IMG/VR virus record: IMGVR_UViG_3300042516_005475
Coordinates: 1-64,000 of that record
Reading direction: 5' to 3' (one strand)
DNA: 64,000 bases
The notes under the pieces were generated by a model, which saw nothing but the letters and a program-made list of their open reading frames with translations, ran no database searches and was not told the origin of the DNA. Made by a program: the position numbers and the translations under genes. Below, in pieces: positions 56,213-64,000 of the stretch (its first letter is position 1; the number at the start of each line of letters is the position of its first letter).

Positions 56213-56475
56213 AAAACTTTATTTCATTTAAAGCCTTTTTTGAAGCTTCAGATAATTTGCATCAATGGTTTAAACGCAAGGCAAAAGACCCAAAAACAGG
56301 TAAAACCTTTCATGGTTGGGTAAATTGTAAAACTGGCGGGCCTTGTGGTAGAAAATCAAAGAGCTCAGGAGGTAGTTATCCTGCTTGTAGACCTACAAAA
56401 GCTGCTTGTAATTCTATAAAAGGGAGCATGTATAAAAAGAAAGGTTCTAAGCGAGTTAATTGGAAAAAGAAATAA
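56209..56475 (+). CDS. Small basic Cys-containing protein (N-terminus MKNFISFKAFFE)
   Basis: LHQWF...WVNCKTGGPCGR...YPACRP. Confidence 0.65.
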   Translation: MKNFISFKAFFEASDNLHQWFKRKAKDPKTGKTFHGWVNCKTGGPCGRKSKSSGGSYPACRPTKAACNSIKGSMYKKKGSKRVNWKKK

Positions 56476-56478
56476 AGT

Positions 56479-57120
56479 ATGAGCTATAAAGACATTACAG
56501 ACAAACATAATTATCTTAACCAGGCTGTTCTTAATAAAGCAAGAGTAGACAAGTTTTTGCTTATTATTACTATGCCTGAAGCCTTGCGTAAAATTGATGT
56601 AAGGTATGGTAATGAAACACCATCAAAAATTATTTCTGATAAGCTACAGATGTCTGTTTGGGGTAATGTTGTACCAGCTATTAGTGTACCATCTATTGCT
56701 GTGCCTTATCAAGGGCAAGTACCAAAGGTATCTTCTTTTTCTAGACCAGCCTATGACCCTGTTACAGTTAATTTTAATGTTGATAGCGAATTTTATAATT
56801 ACTATGTAATTTGGAAATGGTTAGCCTTATTAAATGATCCAAAGACATCTGTTTTTGATGCAGCTAATAATTCAGGATTAGTAGATGCTGGTACCAATAG
56901 ATTGATTAACCCAAATGCTCCAGGATATATTCCAAAATATGCTTCTCAGATATCCTTGCAGCCATTAAATGAGTATAATCAGGTATTAGGGGAGTTTGTA
57001 TTTTCTCAGTGTTTTGCTACTTCGTTGAACGGTATAAATTTTAATTATCAAGGCAGTGAAGAAATCTCTTCTAGTTTTACTTTTGAATTTAGTCAATTAA
57101 CTTTTACTATTATTCCTTAG
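56479..57120 (+). CDS. gp3: Tail tube terminator/completion protein, gp3-like
   Basis: VPAISV, YDPVTVNFNVDSEFYNYYVIWKWL, F...FATSL. Confidence 0.7.
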   Translation: MSYKDITDKHNYLNQAVLNKARVDKFLLIITMPEALRKIDVRYGNETPSKIISDKLQMSVWGNVVPAISVPSIAVPYQGQVPKVSSFSRPAYDPVTVNFNVDSEFYNYYVIWKWLALLNDPKTSVFDAANNSGLVDAGTNRLINPNAPGYIPKYASQISLQPLNEYNQVLGEFVFSQCFATSLNGINFNYQGSEEISSSFTFEFSQLTFTIIP

Positions 57121-57157
57121 AAAACTTTCATTGCCGAAACATAAATAATTAAAACAT

Positions 57158-59656
57158 ATGCCAACACAAACTATAGAAAGTCCTGGTGTTCAGATTAATG
57201 AGGTAGATTTATCTCTTAGAGCAGTTGTTCCAAATGGTACTAATGTTTTGGTATTAGGTTACGCTAATCAAGGCCCGATTGAAGAGGTGCTTGAAATTCC
57301 TGATATTCAAACATTTACAACCATTTATGGAACTCCTACAAACGCAGCAGAAAGATACTTTTACTACTCAGTAAGAGGGGTTCTAAACGGAGGTGGTAGA
57401 CCCATCGTTTCCAGATTGCCTTACGGCTCTGGTACTGGTGTTGGTTCAACCTCAGCAAAATATAGCTGCTTAGCTTATCCGGCTGTTCCGTTTGCTCAAA
57501 CTTGCTTTGCTTTCAATTTATCAAGCACAGCAACATTTTCAACTGAACAATCTGGGTATTTTGTCGGTGCTCCTGAATATTTACAATTAACAGAAGATCA
57601 GTATTTGTCTATTTTACAGGGCAATATTAATTGGATTGACTCTTCTACTGTAAGTCAATTTGTAAGAACATCTGCTGGAGAATTTTCAACATTTGCAAAT
57701 TTAGCTTCTGCTGGTTTTCTTGTTCTAAATAAGTTCCAATCAACATTTGATAACAAGTCTCTTGAAGGATATACAATTGGCATTGCAGATAGCTTAGATA
57801 CTGACCCACAATCAGATTTTAATAGTGTTACATCAATTAAATACTCTCCGCTTAATGAGACTCATACTAACTATGGTGAGTATTTAACAATTCCAAGTTC
57901 TAGACTTAACTTTGTACTTGAATCTGGTGCAACAAGCAATATTCCATCTGTTTCTCGTCAAATTGAGCAACAAGATCCAAATATTAACTTGTTCCAGGGA
58001 GCATTTATTGATTCAATTAGCTTAAGAATTGCTAAATTAAGACAATCAATTTACACACCACAGGCTGTAACATTGGATTACACTTTCCCTGATGGATTCT
58101 TAGGTTCTTTCAATAGCAGAAGACAAGTACAATCTCAAAACGGTGGACAGCCAGTCAACTTCTTCGTTGGAGATGTTGAGGATAGTTCAACTTATATCTC
58201 TATTATTGTAAACCCAAATATCTCAACTGTTTCTGGTGATTGGACAAATGCTGCCGGTAAACCTAGTAAGTTTGTTCTCTTCAACCATTCTACAAGCGGT
58301 ACTGTAGCTAAAACAGAGCAAGTAAAGAACAATGCTGCTTTTGCTAATACTCCATTATTCGGTAATGGTTTGTCAGCATGGGTAACTCCAGCTTCTGGAT
58401 CCTTATATGCTAATATTGAAGCATATTTAAATGCATTCTTATTCCCGGTAGATGCTCTTTATAGCTATTGCCCAACAATCCTTAACAGTACAGTTAACGG
58501 TGCTACTACATTCGCAATTGGTAACGCTCCAGCTAAGATTGATAGAGTATTCCAAACAATTGATGATGTTGATGCATTGAGAATCGACTTGTCTGTTGAA
58601 GCAGGTTTGGGTACAATGTATTCAATTTGCAATACGCTAAGTTCACCATCTGCTCAGTTGCAGGCATTTGATGATACAGTTGTTGTTGATATTGGTGCTA
58701 CTGTTAGCGGTCAAACATCAACAGGCTTCTATCGTACAAATGGCAATCTTGATGCAGATACGCTTTCTGCTACAGTTCCAGGAGTAGGGTCTGCACCATT
58801 CACTTATAAGGCTCAGGATTTGAAGAACAATTACTTGGCTGTATATGAAGTGTTTAGAACATTTGCTCAGGATGTGAGAAAAGATCACTTGTTCATTGCT
58901 GATGCTCTACGCCCTATCTTTATTACAGGTGCTAGAACAAAAGTTCTTTCTAACAGAAATAATACTTTTACTCAGCACATTAATACACCGTTGAGAAATC
59001 AATTTGATACAACAAGCACAAGTTATGCTACAGTTTACGGTAACTGGGCCTTGGTCAATGATTTAACTTCTGGTGATAATGTTTGGATTCCAGTCTCTGG
59101 TTTAATTGCCGGTATGATGGCCAAGGATGACGCTAACTACGCTCCATGGTTCGCACCAGCAGGCTTTACAAGAGGTAAGTTCCCAACACCAGTGCTTGAT
59201 ATTGCAGTATCTCCAAGCCAACGCAACAGAGACTTGCTCTACAAGCAGGGTATCAATCCAATTACTAAGTTCCCTAACGACGGTATCACAGTATTCGGTC
59301 AAAAGACTAAGTTGTCAACACCTTCAGCCTTTGACAGAATCAACGTTAGAAGATTGTTCTTGTATTTGGAGAAGGTTACAAGAACAACACTTAAGTACTT
59401 CGTATTCGAGCCTAACACGCTCTTTACAAGAACAAATGTTGTTAACGTTCTCAATCCAATTTTTGAGAATGTCAAGAACAATCAGGGTATGTATGATTAC
59501 CTCATCGTTTGCGATGCAAGAAATAACACCCCAACTGTAATTGACAACAATCAATTGGTTGTAGACATTTACATCAAGCCTACTCGCTCAGCTGAGTTCA
59601 TCTTGGTAAACTTCTACGCAACTAGAACAGACCAAAACTTCAACGAGTTAGTCTAA
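57158..59656 (+). CDS. gp18: Tail sheath protein, gp18-like
   Basis: SPGVQINEVDLS, PWFAPAGFTRG, FGQKT, AFDRINVRRL, FEPN, IKPTRSAEFI. Confidence 0.95.
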   Translation: MPTQTIESPGVQINEVDLSLRAVVPNGTNVLVLGYANQGPIEEVLEIPDIQTFTTIYGTPTNAAERYFYYSVRGVLNGGGRPIVSRLPYGSGTGVGSTSAKYSCLAYPAVPFAQTCFAFNLSSTATFSTEQSGYFVGAPEYLQLTEDQYLSILQGNINWIDSSTVSQFVRTSAGEFSTFANLASAGFLVLNKFQSTFDNKSLEGYTIGIADSLDTDPQSDFNSVTSIKYSPLNETHTNYGEYLTIPSSRLNFVLESGATSNIPSVSRQIEQQDPNINLFQGAFIDSISLRIAKLRQSIYTPQAVTLDYTFPDGFLGSFNSRRQVQSQNGGQPVNFFVGDVEDSSTYISIIVNPNISTVSGDWTNAAGKPSKFVLFNHSTSGTVAKTEQVKNNAAFANTPLFGNGLSAWVTPASGSLYANIEAYLNAFLFPVDALYSYCPTILNSTVNGATTFAIGNAPAKIDRVFQTIDDVDALRIDLSVEAGLGTMYSICNTLSSPSAQLQAFDDTVVVDIGATVSGQTSTGFYRTNGNLDADTLSATVPGVGSAPFTYKAQDLKNNYLAVYEVFRTFAQDVRKDHLFIADALRPIFITGARTKVLSNRNNTFTQHINTPLRNQFDTTSTSYATVYGNWALVNDLTSGDNVWIPVSGLIAGMMAKDDANYAPWFAPAGFTRGKFPTPVLDIAVSPSQRNRDLLYKQGINPITKFPNDGITVFGQKTKLSTPSAFDRINVRRLFLYLEKVTRTTLKYFVFEPNTLFTRTNVVNVLNPIFENVKNNQGMYDYLIVCDARNNTPTVIDNNQLVVDIYIKPTRSAEFILVNFYATRTDQNFNELV

Positions 59657-59677
59657 ACTAAGAAAGGAATTTAACAT

Positions 59678-60268
59678 ATGGCATTAAACATAACAGATTA
59701 TTTCAGAGTGATGCAGCAAAGAGATTTCTTGCGCAATCACCAGTACAGAATCTCAGCACTCTCTTACGAGGGATTCACTCTTGGTTTAGACTCACTCGTC
59801 TACCTCAAGACAGCTGAGGTACCTAACCGTACAATTAATTCAGTACCTGTACCATTCATGGGATTAAACTTCTCAGTACCGGGTACAGCTCAATACGCAG
59901 GCACAATGGATTTACAATTCTATTGTGACCAACCTCAAATCATCAGATCATTCTTCGAAGGTATCTCTTTTGCTACATTCGATGAAAGACAGTCTGGTGG
60001 TGCTTATACAGTTAAGCAAGAAAATGTACTTTCCTTCTATACTTACAACAATGTAAGTGCTGAATCCCCAACAACTCAATATACTTTAATCGGTATTTAT
60101 CCAACAGTTGTAGGTAATTTAGGAATGGATACTACAGGTTCTGGTGATGTTGTAAACTTCACTGCAACTATTGCTTACCAATTCTGGACTAAGACACAGA
60201 TTCAGAACCCACTTGTTGCTGCTGCTCAACGTCCAGTTGCTCCGTTAGCCGGGGTTGCTGTACCTTAA
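59678..60268 (+). CDS. gp19: Tail tube protein, gp19-like
   Basis: Follows the sheath gene; VPFMGLNFSVPG, GIYPTVVG, FTATIAYQFW. Confidence 0.85.
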   Translation: MALNITDYFRVMQQRDFLRNHQYRISALSYEGFTLGLDSLVYLKTAEVPNRTINSVPVPFMGLNFSVPGTAQYAGTMDLQFYCDQPQIIRSFFEGISFATFDERQSGGAYTVKQENVLSFYTYNNVSAESPTTQYTLIGIYPTVVGNLGMDTTGSGDVVNFTATIAYQFWTKTQIQNPLVAAAQRPVAPLAGVAVP

Positions 60269-60283
60269 TTTGTAAGATAATTC

Positions 60284-60315
60284 AAGCCCTTGGCCAAAAA
60301 GCCAAGGGCTTTTTT
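60284..60315 (+). terminator. Rho-independent terminator after the tail tube gene
   Basis: aagcccttggc-loop-gccaagggctt followed by a T run. Confidence 0.9.
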
Positions 60316-60348
60316 ATGCAATAATGTCTATAATCTATAAATAATTAC

Positions 60349-61248
60349 ATGGGTCTCTTAGATACACTAAATGTTATTAATCCGCTGGTTAACGGTAACC
60401 AGCCTGCTATTAATGATAATTTAGCTCTTGTGAATGGGGCTGGTCAACAGCTCCCATATACCACCCCTCAGTTTGGCTCTAATTTAATTTTAAATTTTCC
60501 AGCCCCTCACATGGGTTTCTTAGATGCTCTTTCTCAGTATGCTGCTGCAGTACCACTAAGAACTTTTTGGGTTGTTCAGTTTAAAATACCAAACTTGATA
60601 GTGGAGCAAAATTTAATTGATTTGAGCGAAACATTTCGCAACAATGATTTAGCTAAACAAACGTTATCTAATCCAAAGTTCACTAGAAATATTGGTTGTA
60701 TATTCTGTAGAAGTTTTAATTTTTCAGGGGAAAACAACAATTCATCTGTTCCAGAAATGGATATTAGAGGCTTTAGAAGTGTACCATATGCAGGTGGTAG
60801 AAGTAGTGCATTTTTAAATAACCTTAATCTTACATTCTACGAAAGTACAATTAGCTTCATTGATCATATTATTAGACCTTGGATTGTTTTAATGTCATAT
60901 TACTCTACCATTGCAAGAGATAATGGTAACCCAAGCAACAACGCAATATACGATTTAAAACAAGATATTACTTGCCATTTAATGACTAGAACCGGTGTTG
61001 GTCAAACTGATCAGCAAAGACAGGCTAACCAACAGATTAACAGCAACTCTAATTCCGCAATACCTAATTACAATAACCCTTGGGCAGCAAGAAAAACTAT
61101 TGTGTTTAAGAATTGCTTTCCTAAAGACATGGGTACTTTAGAGTATGTTCAATCAGATAATAACTCCCTGGAGACTGTTAATACAACATTCTGTTATACT
61201 AATTACGAGGTTTCTCACACCCCTATTGCCATCCAGCAGGTTACTTAA
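60349..61248 (+). CDS. Tail-tube-like baseplate initiator (gp54/gp48-like)
   Basis: LNLTFYES...IRPW, FKNCFPK...VNTTFCY tube-fold pattern; TATAAATA 5 nt upstream. Confidence 0.6.
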   Translation: MGLLDTLNVINPLVNGNQPAINDNLALVNGAGQQLPYTTPQFGSNLILNFPAPHMGFLDALSQYAAAVPLRTFWVVQFKIPNLIVEQNLIDLSETFRNNDLAKQTLSNPKFTRNIGCIFCRSFNFSGENNNSSVPEMDIRGFRSVPYAGGRSSAFLNNLNLTFYESTISFIDHIIRPWIVLMSYYSTIARDNGNPSNNAIYDLKQDITCHLMTRTGVGQTDQQRQANQQINSNSNSAIPNYNNPWAARKTIVFKNCFPKDMGTLEYVQSDNNSLETVNTTFCYTNYEVSHTPIAIQQVT

Positions 61249-61259
61249 TAATTAATACG

Positions 61260-62063
61260 GTGCCGTATTATACATTTAAGATCTACTCTTCTGGAAAAAA
61301 TGTACTCGCTAAACAATTCTCAACACAGGATTGCATTGATTTACATTTTTTATTAGCCAATGAAGATTATACAGGAGTAGACTTATTTTGCCAGTTAAAA
61401 TTTGAAGAATATACTAATGATAAAACTAAGCTAAACTCTTTTGATAAGTTTTTATTTCTGGTTTCTCAAAAAATTATTAGCCACACCTTTGATACTTCTG
61501 TTGTACACTCTATTCAAGGAAGTGAAACTAAATTAACTAAGCTTGTCAGCCTTGTTAAGATTTACAATACAATTTCTGATATCAGCTTCAGAGTTAAAAA
61601 TGTTTTTTCAGAAGGTAATTTGCAAATAGAATATGGTATTCCTTACGATTTAGCTGATAAGAAATCCTTTAATTTTTATTCTATAAAATTAGGAGATATA
61701 GAATATAAAGACGTTAACGAATATGATTGTTCTAGTCTTTCCTTCCTCCCAGTAAAATTATATATGGATTTACAGAACATGCAACTGGAAAACAATAAAA
61801 AAATTAAATCAGAATATTTCCAATCTAATTTTATTCGAGAGCTGACGTTTAGTAATGAATGTTTTCTGTATTTTTTAGACTTTATATACAGTGAAAATGT
61901 TGCTGATTTCTTTTCTTTAACATATAATATGAATAAAGATTTCGGTGTTGCTTTTAGTCACATAAAATCAATAACAATGAGAGAATTGTATCTCCTTGTA
62001 GATACAATAAATAAGAGTACACAAGACAAGAAGAAAAAGACTACCGATGAACGAGCTATTTAA
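61260..62063 (+). CDS. Putative baseplate hub assembly protein (gp26/gp51-like)
   Basis: Tail-module position; SITMRELYL resembles a hub-chaperone motif. Confidence 0.4.
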   Translation: MPYYTFKIYSSGKNVLAKQFSTQDCIDLHFLLANEDYTGVDLFCQLKFEEYTNDKTKLNSFDKFLFLVSQKIISHTFDTSVVHSIQGSETKLTKLVSLVKIYNTISDISFRVKNVFSEGNLQIEYGIPYDLADKKSFNFYSIKLGDIEYKDVNEYDCSSLSFLPVKLYMDLQNMQLENNKKIKSEYFQSNFIRELTFSNECFLYFLDFIYSENVADFFSLTYNMNKDFGVAFSHIKSITMRELYLLVDTINKSTQDKKKKTTDERAI

Positions 62064-62763
62064 TATAATCAAAAATTCCTTAAGAACAAATTCCTTTTAC
62101 ATTCCAAGCCAGAACACATATGTAAATGGTTGCTCTCTTACTATTAAGCAATACAATGATTTGTTAGAGCTTGACGCAACACTTGAATTCGGCTTTGAGC
62201 AGTATATCAAACATTCTATCTTAACTGATAGCATTATAAAAGAAAATGTTGATAATTACGAAAGTCTGCTTTATTTTGACAAGCCATTCCTACTAGCTCA
62301 AATTAAATTAGCTCAAGAAAGCAACTTTCTAGGTTTTTCTTTGGGGGAATATAAAGAAGGTATTTCTAATAGAATTAGTACTGTAACCCTATCTTCATAC
62401 GAGGCAGTATACAACAGTAATAATCTTGTTATAAGCTTTGGGTTGAACACATTTAAAGATGTTCAGCTGATTAATAAAGAATATTTTGAAACATTAAACG
62501 GTAAGTACAATTTGGCTGGAGATGTAATATCATTAGAGATTTTCAAACACTTAAAAGAAATTTCTTATCTTAATCAAAGCATTGGTAGTGTAAGAAATAT
62601 TAAAGAGCTCAAACCATTAATTGATCAAATGCCTGCTGGCTTGGTTGAAACCTTTAATGGGTTGCTTAGTAAAGTAAACGAAGATATAAGAGAGCTTAAT
62701 AAGTTCGAAATTGACGGTGAAAACTTTGTTTTTAATCCTTCGCTAGAGTTTATGTTGTCGTAA
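62047..62763 (+). CDS. Putative baseplate hub protein (gp26-like)
   Basis: FYIPS...SLTIKQ...LLYFDKPFLLAQIK; tail-module position. Confidence 0.45.
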   Translation: MNELFNIIKNSLRTNSFYIPSQNTYVNGCSLTIKQYNDLLELDATLEFGFEQYIKHSILTDSIIKENVDNYESLLYFDKPFLLAQIKLAQESNFLGFSLGEYKEGISNRISTVTLSSYEAVYNSNNLVISFGLNTFKDVQLINKEYFETLNGKYNLAGDVISLEIFKHLKEISYLNQSIGSVRNIKELKPLIDQMPAGLVETFNGLLSKVNEDIRELNKFEIDGENFVFNPSLEFMLS

Positions 62764-62774
62764 TAAATATTTAC

Positions 62775-64000
62775 ATGGGTGTAAAAGATAGTAACACACA
62801 GGCTATAATAGATGCCATTACAAATCTTGTAAAAGAGACGCAGCAATCCAACCGTATTGTTGAAAGAGAGATTAAAAATCTAAGCGTCAACACCAAGTCT
62901 TACATTGAGAAAGCACAAAGTAGTGCAAACTTTGAAAAGGTTTTTGAGTCCTTTTCAAAAGAATTCTCTACAAATATATCTGAATCAATTAATGAAACTG
63001 TTAAAGATGCAAATGAGAAGACCTTTAAGCAGCTAAAAGAAGGTATTCAGTCTAAAAAGCAGGAGATAGAAAAAAGAAAAAAGGATTTAAAGAGCTCTGC
63101 ATCCCTTGGACCTGAGTTTCAAAAAGATCTTAACAAAAAAATTAAGCAATCTGAAAAAGAGTTAAGAGAGCTTATTGAAAACTACGATAAAACTGCTAGA
63201 ACAAACAACCAGAATTTAATTCAGCAGATTAGAGAATCTCAAGCTAAACTAACAGAAGAGCTTACTGGTGGTCTACAGGAATTTGGTAAATCTTCCTTTA
63301 AAAACTATGTAAAAGAAACAAACAATGTAGATGAAGCACTAGTAAAATATAAAAACGCTTTAAAAGAACAGTATACTTCCCTTGAAAAAAATGTAGAGAC
63401 AAGAAAAAAACTTGGCTTAACTGACAAGAAAATGGAAGAAATAAAAGAAGATCTTTATGATTCTTATTTTAAGGAACTAGAAGCTCAGGGTAACAGAGCA
63501 GATATTGATGAAAAGACAAGAAAAGTTCTCACTGACAAATTAAAGAGAGAGCAAATATTAGCTGGTAGATCTACCTATGAACAAACTTATGGTAAGACTT
63601 CTTCTATAGGCCAGCTAGCTGGTAGATTAGCTGATTTTACTACAAGTAGATACAAAAAGCAAGATCAAAATACCTCTGCTTTGGGTAAAGCCTTTAACGC
63701 AGGTTTAGGTGCTTTATTTAAAGGTAAAGATGCTAAGGAACCTTTCCTAGAAGCAGATAAAAACGACTTATCAACAAAACCATCTATTACTCAAAAAGAT
63801 ATAGAAGGTGGAGAAGGTAGCACTTATATTAAACCATATAGTGAATCAGAAAATAAAGAAACTGTTGAAACAGCTGAAGCAGATAAAATAGCAGCTGAAA
63901 ATGCAAATGCTTCTGTAAATCCTTCTGCTCAAGTAGAGGCTCTAGAAGCTATTCAACAATCATTTGAAGAAGCAAAAGAAAATGTACCGTTTAAGGTAGT
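62775..64000 (+). CDS. Long coiled-coil protein, possibly tape measure/hub (5' part; runs off the window end)
   Basis: Manual ORF MGVKDSNTQAIIDAITNLVKETQQ...; Lys/Glu-rich helical; TAAATA 5 nt before ATG. Confidence 0.55.
   Translation, partial: MGVKDSNTQAIIDAITNLVKETQQSNRIVEREIKNLSVNTKSYIEKAQSSANFEKVFESFSKEFSTNISESINETVKDANEKTFKQLKEGIQSKKQEIEKRKKDLKSSASLGPEFQKDLNKKIKQSEKELRELIENYDKTARTNNQNLIQQIRESQAKLTEELTGGLQEFGKSSFKNYVKETNNVDEALVKYKNALKEQYTSLEKNVETRKKLGLTDKKMEEIKEDLYDSYFKELEAQGNRADIDEKTRKVLTDKLKREQILAGRSTYEQTYGKTSSIGQLAGRLADFTTSRYKKQDQNTSALGKAFNAGLGALFKGKDAKEPFLEADKNDLSTKPSITQKDIEGGEGSTYIKPYSESENKETVETAEADKIAAENANASVNPSAQVEALEAIQQSFEEAKENVPFKV

Noticed and set aside
1-64000. Stop-codon reassignment
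   Set aside because: Core genes are full length under the standard code, and TAA, TAG and TGA all terminate genes.
1-64000. tRNA or other structured RNA genes
   Set aside because: Intergenic gaps are mostly under 100 bp and none shows cloverleaf or T-loop signatures by eye; a covariance-model scan was not run.

Overview
This AT-rich 64 kb window is part of a large T4-superfamily myovirus genome, densely coding under the standard genetic code. It holds a shuffled head/neck cluster (gp23 partial, gp22, gp21, gp4, gp13, gp20, gp15) and a T4-like replication/recombination module (UvsY, UvsW, gp55, gp47, gp46, gp43, UvsX, gp41, gp59-like, gp32, gp45, RNase H, gp61, and a displaced gp62). It also holds a terminase gene with a class-3-type intein and a tail module (gp3, gp18, gp19, baseplate genes). 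Accessory genes include a preQ0/7-deazaguanine pathway (folE, queD, queE, queC, a class II amidotransferase and a DUF366-like protein; no dpdA in the window), five glycosyltransferase-like genes with sugar-nucleotide enzymes, a tubulin/FtsZ-family GTPase, a DinG-like helicase, GroES and PhoH. Four patterns are not explained by gene labels. (1) Both promoter classes sit at a fixed distance from start codons (late TAAATA + 5 nt; sigma70 -10 + 6 nt), implying systematically leaderless mRNAs. (2) About a dozen otherwise unrelated late proteins share an N-terminal M-x-x-F/Y...(L/F)-x-E signal resembling T4 capsid-targeting sequences, suggesting a repertoire of packaged and injected proteins. (3) A queC-amidotransferase-glycosyltransferase cassette sits between uvsX and gene 41, the neighbourhood where T4 keeps its DNA-modification genes. 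(4) A catalytically degenerate DHH protein is translationally coupled to the replicative helicase. All product calls come from motif recognition and synteny by eye; no searches were run.
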